Part shown: in pieces, positions 41,274 to 55,726 of the stretch
Layout of the letters: each line of letters begins with the position of its first letter
Numbering within the stretch: position 1 is the stretch's first letter
Source of the DNA: Octopus vulgaris
Lineage: Eukaryota
Assembly: GCA_951406725.2 (NCBI GenBank)
Contig: OX597824.1
Span: 5,456,001-5,520,000 of the forward strand
DNA: 64,000 bases
Reading direction: 5' to 3'
Notes under the pieces: generated by a model
What the model saw: the letters and a program-made list of their open reading frames with translations, nothing else
Database searches by the model: none
Told to the model about the DNA's origin: nothing
Made by a program: the position numbers and the translations under genes

Positions 41274-42177
41274 ATTGGATTGTCGATTGAATATCTCTAT
41301 ATTTAATTTATCTTTATTATGGAATTATACCAATATTTATATGGCATCCAACTGAAGTACCAGTGAATTTGATGTTTAACACACCTATTTGAAGGATTTT
41401 GTGAAATAATTCGTGTTCGGCGATTGAGCGAGCAGCGTAAATGATTAATGGTGCAGATAAATGGAGATTAACTCTATCTTGGGTATGTGGGTATTTTGAA
41501 AATACCCCAATGAGTGACGACCGTGTCCAGCATAGTCTCGGGCTGCCCTTTGGCAAAACATAGCACCCTTTCAGTCACCCTGCCAGGGATACGGCGAAGT
41601 CACAGGACTGCGGAACAGCGGAGGTAGAGAAAGAGATCAACTGAGCCAATGGTGCTTCTTACATCGATGCTGGGAAGAGGAACCTTCGAAGATCAACGGT
41701 GAGTATCCGGAAGCTCCATCAAGAGAGTAACGGCAACGTATGGATAGAGGTGGCGTCCATGGTTGTGTAATCAGCTAATGAAAGATTCATTATGAATGAA
41801 GCCTGCATTTCAAATTCATTATAATGGAACTGGTTGGTGAAAGAGTCATGAGAATTCTCGAAAACAGCTAAAAGAACTTTATGCAAAACCAATTTGATAT
41901 ATGACGCTGCTAAAAGTTTTCAAAGAACAAGATTTGGAAGTAATGTGATGCAGCGGTAACTGAACATAAAAGTCATGTTTACTGACATAACTGAAAAGTT
42001 TGCGAGTTACTTTGTTACGTGCCGCAGTCAGAAAATGGTTGAAAGATGAATGCTAAAGAAATTAAATATCTAAATGTCTCAGATAAATCGCTAAGTTGAT
42101 TATTCCGCAAACTGTTAACGTAATCTTTAGAGATGTAACATTCTAAAATATTTTCGTCTACACTATTATTTAAAAGA

Positions 42178-42502
42178 GGCACTCCGTCGGTTGCGTCGGC
42201 GAGGGTTCCAGCTGATACGATCAAGGGAACAGCTTGCTCGTGAAATTAATGTGCAAGTGGCTGAGCACTCCACAGACATTGGTACCCATAACGTAGTTCT
42301 CAGGGAGATTCAGCATGACACAGAGTGTGACAAGACTGGCCCTTTCAAATACAGGTACAACTCATTTTTGCCGGGCAGAGTGGACTGGAGCAACGTGAAA
42401 ATAAAGTGTCTTGCTCAAGAACACAACGCATCACCGGAAATTGAACTCATGACCTTACGGTCGTGAGCCGAATGCCCCTGACCACAAAGCCACGCGCCTT
42501 CA
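42178..42502 (-). mobile_element. SINE head type E with ...accgacggagtgcc tail
   Basis: tRNA-like head tgaaggcgcgtggc, central ttgagcaagacact...ttcacgttgctcca domain. Confidence 0.85.
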
Positions 42503-43611
42503 TAATATGATTATAGACTGTTTTGGTCAACAGATTTTTTAATTACTGAATACGGGATTCGAACTAGCAACATTTATTTTTGAACCTAGCATCAGTTCAA
42601 TTGTAAATGTGGAAAAACAAAAAGAAAATACTATTTTAAAGCCCAACTCTTTTCCGTTTTATTTATTCATTGTATGTATTTATAGTGGAAAGCTGTATCC
42701 TGAAAGCTAATTATATTAGGAAGATAGCAAATGACTTCCTAAGCGAACGTCTTGGCAATTACGACAAGTAATTTACTGCTGAAGTAGGTAATATATTTCT
42801 CACGTTTCGTTTAATGAAAGAGCTCTATTGTTATTGACGAAACGTCGCTAATATGAACTGAGTAGCTAAACCTCGTTCGTAAGTGTGAGATTTATGTTTC
42901 AATTTGATAAATTATTTTCAATGATCAAATTTGTACAAACGACCTCAGCCAGAACTTTGTTTCGCAGCAAGATTCATGTTTCATGTTGATAAATTACTTT
43001 AAAGAATTCATGTTAAGAAACTGGATATTGAAGGAAGCAATGCAAATGAAATACATGGAAAGCAATATGAACGGATAACGAATAAGACAGAAAAAAATAT
43101 CCACCATGATAAATTTACGTCACGGAAATACAGAATCTTAAGAGTTTCTTTACACAGGGATGATGTTCAGTCAAATGTTCTGTGTACGATGTCTATTGTT
43201 TATCTATATGTATAAGTATTTTAGATATTAATCTTGAACATAGATAATTGTTATCAATGCATTCCAGATACGTCCACACAAAGACATCTTATCTTTCCTT
43301 TTAGATGGAATAAGAATTAATTATTTTGTTTTTAAAATGAATAAATGCTTTTATTAATGGTTGATTCATTATCAAAGTCAACGAAGAGCAGAACGAATTT
43401 ATTGATTTTTCTTCGTATTTCAAGAATTGGTGAATAACGTTTGATTTGAAAATTTTCAGATATAAATTTCTTTTGGAATATTTATGGAAAACCAGAAATA
43501 AGTTATAAACAGAATTTTAGAATTTCATTCATAATATTTTTTTATAAATATTTTATACCAATTTAAACTTTTGCAGAGTTTCTGCTTCAAAATTTATCAT
43601 GCAAATTCATG

Positions 43612-43651
<40 letters not shown>

Positions 43652-43718
43652 ACTCCCCCACACACGCAAACACACAACACATGCACACATACTTACATGT
43701 GTATATATATGTGTGTGT

Positions 43719-44027
43719 GGAGGCACAATGGCCCAGTGGTTAGGACACCGGACTCGCGGTTGTAGGATCGCGGTTTCGATTCCCAGACCGGATGTTGTGA
43801 GTGTTTATTGAGCGAAAAACCAAAAGCTCCACCAGGCTCCGGCAGGGGGTGGTAGCGATCCCTGCTGTACTCTTTCGCCACAACTTTCTCTCATTCTTTC
43901 TTCAGTTGGCCTGCTTGCTTAGCCAGTGGGGTGGCGTCATTTGAAGGCTAAAACAATGCGAAGCGTATTGTGACCAGCGATGTGTAGCAACATCTGATAG
44001 CCTGGTCGGTCACGGTGATCACGTGAT
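43719..44027 (+). mobile_element. SINE head type C with gatcacgtga tail
   Basis: Tail also present alone at 16587-16662. Confidence 0.88.
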
Positions 44028-44755
44028 ATATGTGTGTGTTCTTATACATAAAAGGAGAAGTTGCACGGTGATTATCTTCACAACCATGGTGTGTTGAATT
44101 CGAACCCACTGCATGGAATCTTGTAGAAATATCTTTTAACAACATCTCACTTGCCACTTAGCTCTAAGGAGTTCGGGTGTGATAGAGTAGATGGCGGTTG
44201 TTTTGAAGCGTGTCGCGTGGACACTGTTTTTTCCTTTTTCCTTTCACAATGTCTGACACGTTAGAATAGCGTCTTCAGTTGAGCCTGGCATGAAGCCTGG
44301 GAAATCTGCTACGGAAATTATCAAATTTTCTCGTCACTCTTTTAGCGAACATTCTTTAAATTGAACACTGATTTCTGTTCTGAGTGTCACGCTGGCTTCA
44401 AGGACAAGCACTCGACTGTCGGCTCAAGGCAATGAACGTTCAGTGGCAACCGATTATTTGCAAAATGGCAGAAAATGTAGTAAGACAAATTTCAATCACT
44501 GGGACGGCAGAACCAATGATGCCAACTTATTTTCTTCCGTAGAAAAACCTCACCATGTGTCAAAATTTGAGGCAATTATTTACTGAATTACTGGTGTAAA
44601 AGAATTAGGCTTGGTCTGGGAATTTTCTTATAATACCTTCTGATAGGACAGGTTATTGATATAACTTACACCTGTGCTGACCCAGGTGCAATAACTTGCA
44701 CAAATCCGCCTTATACCTCTCTGTACGTATGTGTCTACACACCAATACGTACTCG

Positions 44756-44787
<32 letters not shown>

Positions 44788-44832
44788 TACACATGCATTT
44801 TTGATATGATATACAAATTAAGGGTAGTTATC

Positions 44833-45034
44833 TGGCCGAATTGTTAGCAGGTTGGACAAGATGCTTAGCAGCACTGTGTCCGTTTTTCGTCCTGAGTTCA
44901 AATTCCAGCCAGATCGACATTGCTTTTCATCCTTTCAGGGTCGATAAAAAAAGTATGAGTTAAGCAGTGGGGTTGATGTAATCGACTTACCCCTCCCCAG
45001 AAATGACTGGTCTTGAACCAAAATTTAAAACCAA
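44833..45034 (+). mobile_element. SINE family B (alternative tail)
   Basis: Same core, tail ...ccaaaatttaaaacca. Confidence 0.8.
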
Positions 45035-45566
45035 TCTGACATACAACTGGTCGCATGATATTTAAATTTTTTTTCAATTTCTAATTATTATGCAATTTAT
45101 TAGATTAATTTATTTTCCTAATATTGACGGCAGATATCGTATTATTACCTTAAAACCATGTCCCTGCAAGCATATATTTCTCTGCATTTACATCACTAAT
45201 TTGGACATTAGATACAATGCAATAAATTTAATTATTGGTGTCTTCGGATTTAATGCGATAGGTTTTTAAAATATCACACTATGAAACTGAAACGGAATTC
45301 ATTACTTTTAACATAATCATATTAATTCAAATGGTTGGTTTCGAAGCTATATAAATGAATATAACAAACCAAATACCCCATCGAACGCATTAAGTTTTGG
45401 TTTAGGACGCATAATATATTCATCTAATCTGAAATATTGCAAAGGAAAGCCAAATGCATTTTATATCTTTCTTAACAATATTAGAGAATTGTAGAGAGAG
45501 ATTCTTTAATCCTAATTTCATTATTACAGTCTTCAAACTTCAAGTTCATTTTATTAAACAATACAC

Positions 45567-45633
<67 letters not shown>

Positions 45634-45646
45634 GTCTATCTATCTA

Positions 45647-45683
<37 letters not shown>

Positions 45684-45702
45684 ATCTATCTAAAGACTCG
45701 TG

Positions 45703-45756
<54 letters not shown>

Positions 45757-45767
45757 TTTCATGATTC

Positions 45768-45978
45768 TTATTTCAGTCATTTGACTGAGGCCATGCTAGA
45801 GGACCGCCTTTAATCGAACAAGTCGACCCTAGGACGTATTCTTTGTAAGCCTCGTACTTATTCTATCGGCCCCTTTTTGCTGAACTGCTAATTCACGGGG
45901 ACGTAAACACACCATCATCGGTTGTCAAGCAATGTTGAGGAGGTCAAACACAGACACATAAACATACACATACACACT

Positions 45979-46037
<59 letters not shown>

Positions 46038-46174
46038 GACGGGCTTGCTTTTAATTTCTATCTACCAAATCCTCTCACAAGGCTCTGAACGGCCCAAGGT
46101 GCCACGCAGTGGGACTTAGCCCAGAACCATGTGGTTGGTAAACAAGCTATTTACCAGACAGCCCCTCCTGCACC
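45768..46174 (-). mobile_element. SINE family A
   Basis: Homology with small internal deletion. Confidence 0.88.
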
Positions 46175-46268
46175 TACATGTATTTATTCCAAATTTTAGC
46201 TTCGCCCCTCATCGTATCTTTTAGTTCAACTCCATCACCACTTCAGATTTTCTCCAATATTTTTACCT

Positions 46269-46462
46269 ATTAGCACGGTGGGTGAAATGCTTAGCGGTGT
46301 GTCGTCTGTTTTTACGTTCTGAGTTCAAATTCCGCCGAGCTCGACTTTAATTTTCATGCTTTAAGGGTCGATAAATTAAGTAACAGTTGCGCACTGGGGT
46401 CCATCAAATCAACTGGCCCCCTCCCCAAAATTTCGGCCCTTGTGCCTAGAGTAGAAAAGAAT
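46269..46462 (+). mobile_element. SINE family B (alternative tail)
   Basis: Tail ccttgtgcctagagtagaaaagaat. Confidence 0.82.
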
Positions 46463-46825
46463 ATTTTTACCAATATACGTATGTTTTAAGGTTTTTTTTT
46501 ATATCTGCATCCAGAGATTCTTTAAAATCTATTACTTTACACGTATATATTTTTAATATATTTATTTACCAATAGATCTTTAAAAAAATATCTGTGTATT
46601 TATATATTTTTAATCGATCATGTGCATTTGTCATTTAAATCCATCTCTAATCGGAGTCATGTTTGCAGATTGAATAACCAGGTCTTTTCTTTCTTTCCAT
46701 TATATATTTACACCTGCCGTCTCAAGTTACTCCTGATTACTTCTAAATCCAAACGTCTATATTGTGTGAGAATTTCTAATCCATCTTCTTTCTCAAAACA
46801 ATTACATATATATATATATATATAT

Positions 46826-46937
<112 letters not shown>

Positions 46938-47879
46938 GAGAGAGAGAGAGAGATATGCTGACAGACATGCGCACCCACAGACATACAATTGTAACTCTGT
47001 TTTGGTGTGTGTGTGTTTTGTTAGTTCAAAGTATTCCTTAAATTTAAATATTCGATAGCGAAGTTTCTAGGATAAGAATTTATATGAGTTTCAAAGTTTG
47101 GTAGGAGGCCAGTTTCGAAGGTGAGGCTAAATTGATTATATCAATCCCAGTAGTAATTATTTTACAGACAGAAAAAAAAAGAATGAAATAGAAAGTCGAC
47201 CTCGGTGGAATTTGAACTTAGAACGTAAAGACGGCTGAAATGCAGCTAAACATTCTGACCATAGTGCTAACGATTCCGTAAGTTGGCGGTATTATAGATA
47301 CGAACTAATATTACAAATTTAGTAATCAAAACATTGATGTTATATTTATGGAAACAACGCACTGGTTTTAAAACCAAGTTACAAATAAAATGTCTCTTGC
47401 CAAATTGTACGATACATTTCATACTATGTAATCGATATTCTAATTATTGATCCTACAATAATTAAGACAATTGATCTTCATGTTTTGCAATTTCATTTTA
47501 TCATATTTTAGTTTTAATTATACAGAGATATATCTCAAGTTTCGCGTTACGTCTTTTTCCATTCTACGTGGTTTTTTTTTCGACTTTGTGTCGGTCTCAG
47601 CGAACATATTCGAAATATAAGAAAATAAAATACATGTGAATATACGTACAACATAGATAGCAAGTTCTTTTTCCGCTTATTTACATCAATTTGCGTACCG
47701 ATATTTCCTGCATTCCAGTATGAAAGAGCGCTGGAGTTCGTACCAGAAAATTCAACGTATGTAGTGTTGTTCAATATCTTTATCTTTGCTTTTCATTCAT
47801 TTACAGTCTTTTACATTTCGTTTAAACTTCTAACTTAAAATATTGGGCCCAGGTCATGTCTAACTTAATAGTACCACCT

Positions 47880-48150
47880 GGTGAAGTTTTTTAGGTAATA
47901 TATGGGGCACCATGACCCTAGCAAAGAGTCATTATTGTTGGAGACATATACGAGTGTAGAAGGTTGGTCCGGGATTTTTTGAAGAAATTTGTCCCGTGAA
48001 CATTTGAATTTTATGGGATCTATTTTGGTCTGGTATTAAAGAGAGTTGGACCGGTTGAGGTTAAGTAGCTGTGACGTAATGTTGCTATGTGTACTGAGTT
48101 CGATTTTTGTAGTGGGCGGATAGTACGGGTGCCATACACTATTCAGTAAA
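47880..48150 (-). pseudogene. Degenerate CR1/L2-type LINE 3' remnant
   Basis: IATLRHSYLTSTGPTLFNTRPK...IKFKCSRDKFLQKIPDQP matches the GP.LFN.LP...FK..LDKFL..IPD.P C-terminus. Confidence 0.65.
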
Positions 48151-49064
48151 TAATTATATCATTCTGACGTGTTAGTTTTTTTCTTAAAAACTGTATAAGA
48201 TATTTCAGTCTATGAATTTATTTCCAATCATACTGTGGCTCCGGATATTTTATCAAACTTTACATATATGCACATCGTTCGCCAGTAATTTCTTCCCTGC
48301 AAATTCATCGGATCTAATTTTTGCTGCAAATGTATAAAGTGAAATTCTAACGCATGGTAATTTAATTGCAAATTAATTGCATAACGAAATAATATATTGG
48401 TTATAATTTCACTTTCGTATCAAATACTGCGTTGCTAAATTCACTGCCATGCTTTCTATTGGCATAGGAAACAAATATCTTTGAGCTTTCACGTGTCACA
48501 TTTTTAACATTCTAGAAGCAAAAGCAAGACAAAATGTATTAAAATCGTATTTACAAAGTGTTTACACGAAAGATTGATTCAGATATATTTGTAAAAGAAA
48601 GTTAAAACTACATTAACAACCATCATTTTAAATTAAAAGAATTTTGTTCAAATTTAATTTGGTTCAAATTTAAGATTTAAAATTAATAATGGCGTTGATA
48701 AATCGCTTTGCAAAATCGGAAGTGATAAAAAAAGGAGAAAAATCAGAAGAGATTTAACAAAATTAGGTAATTTATTCTCTAGATACAATATTAGGCATTT
48801 GTTAAACTTGATAATACAAGTAATATGATATTAGTTAATAAACATCTTTTATATACAGTGACAAAGAAATTACAATGGTTTTGAAACAGAAATTCATTCA
48901 AGTCTTCGTATACATATGCATGTATGTATGTACGCATGTATGTATGTATGTATGTATGTATGTATGTATGTATGTATGTATGTATGTATGTATGTATGAT
49001 TTCATGTATATATTCATGTATATATATATATATATATATATATAATGTATATGTATATGCTTAC

Positions 49065-49105
<41 letters not shown>

Positions 49106-49636
49106 TGTATGTATGTATATATGTATGTGTATATATGTCTTTGAATATATGTACATGTGAAGATATGTATGCATGAGCATGTGTGCGTGTTATGCACATG
49201 CACGCATGTAACACATATACGAGTTGCCGAAAATGCTTGCACATTGTCATCATTTAATAAAATTTATGATGCCATACAAAAAAGCATTAAATAACGTTAT
49301 CCAACACATGTATTTACGAAGTTCCTTTGCATTGAAGTGCTAGCGCTATAATCACTGCATATATAGGCACCATTAGTGGCTCTCTCATCATTTAATCGAT
49401 ACGCCAAAAACTGCCGTCTAAAATGCGCCGTATTCATACCGACTCGTTCAATATCAGTAGTGTTCCTTAGTTTTAAATTATCTTAAATCATTAGTGTCTA
49501 TAACCGGCATACTATACACCCGACATAAGCGAAATGTTTTGAAAAAAAAGAAGAAAAAATATTCAAATGAAACTAAAATGAATAAAATAATGTTTTCTCC
49601 TCTAGACAGACAACAGGAAATTCTTGGAGAGGGGCC

Positions 49637-49945
49637 CAGTCGGTTAGATCGACCCAAGTACGCAACTGGTACTTAATCTATCGATTCTGAAATGATGAAA
49701 AGCAGTCAACTATGGCAAATTTTGAACTCAGAACTTAACGGCAGATGAAATACGTATTTCTTTACTACCCACAAGGGGCTAAACATAGAGGGGACAAACA
49801 AGGACAGACACACGGATTAATTCGATTATATCGACCCCAGTGCATAACTGGTACTTATTTAATCGACCCCGAAAGGATGAAAGGCAAAGTCGACCTCGGC
49901 GGAATTTGAACTCAGACCGTAACGGCAGACGAAATACCGCTAAGC
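49637..49945 (-). mobile_element. SINE family B, tandem dimer
   Basis: Junction gaaatacgtatttctttac near 49755. Confidence 0.88.
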
Positions 49946-51012
49946 AAAACGCCGCCTTAAGATGTTTAAAATAATGCGATATCAGGAGATGCAACCGGTT
50001 AGTGAAGTCAGTATCCACAGTTGTCTTGGAATATCACATGCAATGACACATGGGAGGTTCATTGTGGAGCTGCATCATCTTGTAAAAAATAATATGCCGT
50101 TTCTGTTGCCTATATCCAATGAGTTGCAACGTATCCAATCAGGATACTGTTGAATCATCGAAGAAGAATGACCCAGTAACGCGTTTATCAGAAACGTCAA
50201 CGACACAACACCCTTCACACACGTCTCTAATGTCTTCTGTGCGATTGGAATTGTTATATTTCGTTAATTGGAAGTATAATATTATTAGGACATACTGCTT
50301 AATTGCTCAGATGTCTATTCCAATCATCTATATTTTTTAATTATTTGAATAATCTTAATTCCTACTGCTATTTCCCGCCCCTTTGATGTCGCCTAAAAGC
50401 CCATTTCCTTACGCTGTGGCAAACACTTAAATTTACAGGTTTATTTTCCCCGCTTTATTTCATGAGACTCTAAATGAATAGATGGGTTTATCAGGGTAAA
50501 CTACGCTTCTCTCTATAATAAATATACGTTTATACAATCAGTTTATTTTACCAAAATATTTTAGTGATTCTGTATTTATAATGAATTTCATATTAAGTAT
50601 TTCGCTCCATCCATCACAACATGGACACTGTAATGTTTGAATGTTCGGTCCTGTACCGTATTTAACCTGAGCATATCTTATTGTTATATTAGGAATATAT
50701 ATTCTCATATATGGACGATTTCTTTCCTTCTGATGTTCCCATAGAAACCTTTATCTTCACACGTCTCCCTCACAAATTATTTTTTCTGTTATCATCATCG
50801 TCATGGCGTTGCATATTCGTCCTCCATTCATATATAAAGCAATTATTTAAATCAAATATTAATTTTAACTGTTGCGTCTGGTCTTTATTGATATTGAAAG
50901 ATTAACAGGAAAAAGTTACCTCAGTGGTATTTGAACACAGAATATAAAGAGCTGAAAGAAATGCCACTATGCCTTTTGTTCAACACATTGCCGGTTCTAC
51001 TAGCCCAGTACT

Positions 51013-51047
<35 letters not shown>

Positions 51048-51330
51048 CCTTTCTACTATATACACAACATAATATGCTTCAACACACGTACTCATATAAA
51101 GAATCTTGCAAACCTAAAACGAAATACTAATTTTAACATTTGAGTAGATATTGATACGTATTAAAACAAATAAACATTACTTATCTATTGAGCAATTATT
51201 TTGAGTTATGGTCTACTTGCGACATTATAGACCATACATACATGGTCAGACATAATGAGAGTGGGGAGAGAGAGACACACACGCAAAGAAAAAGAGAGTG
51301 GGAGAGAGAGAAAGAAGGAGGTAGAAAGAT

Positions 51331-51373
<43 letters not shown>

Positions 51374-51607
51374 GAGAAAGACTTATATAGATAGAGAGGG
51401 AAGGAAAGGTAGCTAGAAAAACAAAGAGGGATGGTAAGGTAGATAGATAGACAGAATGAGAGGAAACAGAAGGAGAGAAGGAGAGCAAACGAAAATGGTA
51501 CATCTACCACCAGCTAGACATTTGTTTATATCTCTCTTGAGGCACGTGCATTTCTAATATTCCTTTTCACTACAGCCATAAAGCCAGACATTTGGCCGGA
51601 AGGAGAA

Positions 51608-51935
51608 AATCGGTTACATCGGCCCAGCTCCAGTAAGCATCTGGTACTTTAATGGACCTGGAAAGGTTGAGAGGTAAAATGGATCTCGGCAGAATTTGTA
51701 TTCGGAACCTAAACACGGGCGAAATACCTATTTCTTTACTACCCACTAGGGGCTAAAAGCAGAGAAGACAAACAAGGACAGACAAACGGATTAAGTCGAT
51801 TATATCGACCTCAGTGCGTAACTAGTACTTATTTAATCGATCCCGAAAGGATGAAAGGCAAAGTCGACCTCGGCGGAATTTGAACTCAGAACGTAACGGC
51901 AGACGAAATATCGCTAAACATTTTGCCCGGCGTGC
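51608..51935 (-). mobile_element. SINE family B, tandem dimer
   Basis: Junction gaaatacctatttctttac near 51729. Confidence 0.88.
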
Positions 51936-52364
51936 GGATGAACGCAGGTTTCTAATATTCACATAACCTGCTGAGACTGGCAATGTCAATTAATTAGTGT
52001 CGCTTGGACACGTTTCTGACAACTAAATTTTTTGAAGTATATAAACCATCTAAATTGCAATAACACTGCGTATAAGAGCCTTTTACACCGTAGGTACTTG
52101 GAGTACATTAATGCTGGTAGCTCTATATTCTGAATTAATCGTATACATACTTATGATATGAACAGTATACGACAGATATGTCGCAGTTATAGACCTAATA
52201 AAGCAGCTTTTGATTAGTTCATTATTCGTCTGTGTAATAAAATGAGTTTATAGTCGACTTAATGTCTTCGCGACTAGAGACACATTTGACGGCCTCGTTA
52301 ATGTGTTGGGCTATGCAATATAAAAGAAAAATAAACTATTAATTTAGTTGTGGGTTAGCTGAAA

Positions 52365-52409
<45 letters not shown>

Positions 52410-52650
52410 CTCACACACTCGAGTACACTTATGTGTAATGCACCATAATGGTAAAATGAATAAAGTGCCAGGCATTTGGAAATATACAATATGTGCGTGT
52501 GTATATATGTATGTATATATGTGTTATCGGATGAGTAGGTAGGCAGGTAGGTAAGTCGACATCTGTGTATTTTGGGTAGCATATTGGGTGTCTCCTACTA
52601 TAACCTTGGGCGAACTAAAGCCAAATAAAAAATTTATTTCTCTCTCTGTG

Positions 52651-52713
<63 letters not shown>

Positions 52714-52781
52714 ATAAAACGAATGGTTTACACCTGGTATCTTACTGGTAAAGCACGGTCACTTTCACAGTGATCGTTGTG

Positions 52782-53267
52782 TATATGGCAAATAAACGAC
52801 GGAAGATGGAATATAGGAAAACTTATTTTTAATAAACACGACACTCGTTTCGAGACATCTAGCATAGATTCTTCACGGGTGGGACACTCAACGACTGGTT
52901 TAGGAGCATCCGGCGGTGCAGATGTATTTGGTTGAGTTGTAAATAAATACAACTCGTTAAAGTAACTGTTTCACAATGTAACTTCTTATTTTGTAGAAAG
53001 TAAAGCAACCAGACGGAGGAAATATCTTCATTTATTTAGAAGACCAAGCATAAAACCACAGATGGCAAGAAGAGAAACGAACACGCAATCCATAGAGAAA
53101 AGTATTTATTTAGCATCTGACGAGATACATCTGCACCGCCGGATGCTCCTGAACCAGTTGGTGACTACCCAACCCACGAGGAATCGATGCTAGATGTATC
53201 GAAACACTTGTCGTGATTAATAATAAATTCTCGTATATTCCATCTTCCCTCTTTCATTTGCCATATA
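52782..53267. repeat. Inverted repeat element (hammerhead in arms)
   Basis: Diverged arms 52782-52950 / 53102-53267, both ending in TATA. Confidence 0.85.
53112..53217 (+). ncRNA. Type I hammerhead ribozyme with long stem II insertion
   Basis: CUGACGA (53117-53123), 9-bp stem II GAUACAUCU/AGAUGUAUC enclosing 59 nt, GAAAC-acuu-GUC, short imperfect stem I; decayed inverted copy at about 52836-52940. Confidence 0.82.
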
Positions 53268-53445
53268 TATATATATGAAAATATGAGGGGAAGAAAATGA
53301 AATTCATAAGAATCTTTTTCCACTACGATCGTTTCGCCTAATTGTGCACCGGTAACTCGGAGGTGAAATGCTGTACAAGCAGATGTGTGTCCTCAGGCGC
53401 ATTGTCAAAAAGTAGCTCGTTTTTTATTTGTATACCAATCCATTT

Positions 53446-53653
53446 TAGCAGGGTTACTAAGAAACAGGGAGAAAGAGTGAGAGAAAGTTGGGTTTAAAGA
53501 ATACAACAGGGGTCGCCACCACTCCCCGCCGGAGCCTCGTGGAGCTTTAGGTGTTTTCGCTTAATAAACATACACGACGCCCGGTCTGGGAATCGAAACC
53601 GCGATCCTCCGACCGCGATTCCGCTGTCCAGACCACTGGGCCATTACGCCTCC
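53446..53653 (-). mobile_element. SINE head type C
   Basis: Reverse complement of the C head and body. Confidence 0.88.
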
Positions 53654-53654
53654 G

Positions 53655-53720
<66 letters not shown>

Positions 53721-54762
53721 CACACACATATATAGTGAAGCTTTTCGGCTTGCAGCATACACTATGTTCGAATCCAGCAAACGTTGGTAAACATACTTGG
53801 GCCCTTCAAAATCTAGAAATTTATCTATCTCTATACACATACCTATGTATATATATATACCTTTTTCATGGCTTTCTTTTTCCCGGCACTCATAACTTCC
53901 TTGCAGTTTCTACCTTCCTTTTTTTTTCTTTTGTTTTTTCTTCGGAAAGATAAACTTGCCCAAACATCATCAATGTTTCTAAATCTTCTTATCTTTTCAA
54001 TGAAGAAGTTATGATGTGTATTGCTGCTTCTCGAGAGAAAGAGGGTGAGTCAGTGTGAACGATGTTGACTTTACAGCTGGAACGTGTTGTGTCTTGACCA
54101 GAAGATTTATTCGTTATCTACTTTATCATTTTTGATATTTTATTTTTGGTTGCTTCTGTCTAGTTTCGTTATCTGTGGGATTATTTTTAGCATCTTGGTG
54201 TGTTATGAACATTACTTCATTTCTTTTATCATTAATCCTCCATTTCGGGGGAATTTTTTTTTGTATAGTATCGATATTTGGTTTTCTAATTCATTTCGAA
54301 ATAGTTTTGTGTTTTGTGTAATAAAATTCATTGTAGTGAAATGATGGGATAAATATACGTAACATTTCATATACTAAAATAAGCAAATACCATACTTACG
54401 CCAGTCATAATCAAAAACGAATGCCTGACTGATGGAGTGTACACCTAGTGATCTAAAATCCAAATTCGGCGTGAATAGCTTCAGTAGACACACGGGACTT
54501 GTATAAAATAATAATGCAGCAACACGCACCAGCATCAAAGAATCACTTTATCGAGATGACACTATGAAAAATCTAGAAATATTTATGATAAGTTTGTGAA
54601 CTTTAATATTCTGATCAAACCGTAAATATCTCTCATATGAAAAATAAGAGACGACTTTCATTAAAACGACCACAATACGAAGTTTATAGAAGGTATATGA
54701 AAAATAAAATACCTGGTTACCCCTTATATATGCATGTATTTTGTATACATAATGTACATATA

Positions 54763-54809
<47 letters not shown>

Positions 54810-54813
<4 letters not shown>

Positions 54814-55026
54814 GTCAGCATCATGATCGTAAGTTTGTGGTTTCGATTCCTGGAACGGGAGACGCGTTGTGTTCTTGAGAAAAACACTTCATTTCACGTT
54901 GCTCCACTCAGCTGGCAAGAATGAGTAACGCTGCAATGGATTGGCGTCCCATCCAGTTTGGGAACATATACGCCATGGAAACAGGGAAACCGGGTCCATG
55001 AGACCGGTTAGGCTTTAAAAGGGCGC

Positions 55027-55029
<3 letters not shown>
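54810..55029 (+). mobile_element. SINE head type E with gcaatggattggcgtcccatccag tail
   Basis: Head homologous to 42380-42502 and 16768-16902. Confidence 0.8.
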
Positions 55030-55103
<74 letters not shown>

Positions 55104-55187
55104 AATTCACAAAAAAACAAAAGACGAAGACAGGTGGTGTAGAGAACAAACAGAGATATTAGCTTCTCACTCGGAAAGTGAAAAAGT

Positions 55188-55223
55188 CTTTAACGTTTCG
55201 AGCCTACGCTCTTCCACAGAAAG
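55188..55223 (-). ncRNA. Minimal hammerhead-like motif (A6U variant)
   Basis: CUUU-CUGUGGA-A-GAG-cguagg-CUC-GAAAC-GUU-AAAG, inside a ~170-bp repeat (55103-55272) between (GA)n and (TA)n. Confidence 0.62.
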
Positions 55224-55270
55224 AAACAAGGAGAGAAAATAAAGAAGAGAAAATAAAGATCTATCATGGC

Positions 55271-55313
<43 letters not shown>

Positions 55314-55660
55314 GACACACACATATACACAAACGCCAACGTTTACACACACATACACAGAAAAACACATATATTCTTACTCATACGTGTGTGTATATGT
55401 GTGTTTAACTTGGTCGTCAGTACTCATCTAGAATTTAAATGTGCTTTTCTTGAAGGAAACCCCTGGAGGAAGGAATATTTATTCTGTGGATTGTGTCACT
55501 GTATATGTGTTCTTCACTCGTTTCTTATTATGTTTTTATTTTAACTCATATTATTTATGTTTATTTGGCAAAAAACAGAAATGACTGTCCCGAAATAGAA
55601 TATCTGTTTTAACATACTAGTTCACATCAGTTGTCTTGCAACACAATTTCATAAACGTAA

Positions 55661-55720
<60 letters not shown>

Positions 55721-55726
<6 letters not shown>

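Noticed and set aside
42812-42852. GAC-GAAAC-GUC half motif
   Set aside because: No CUGANGA core or stem I
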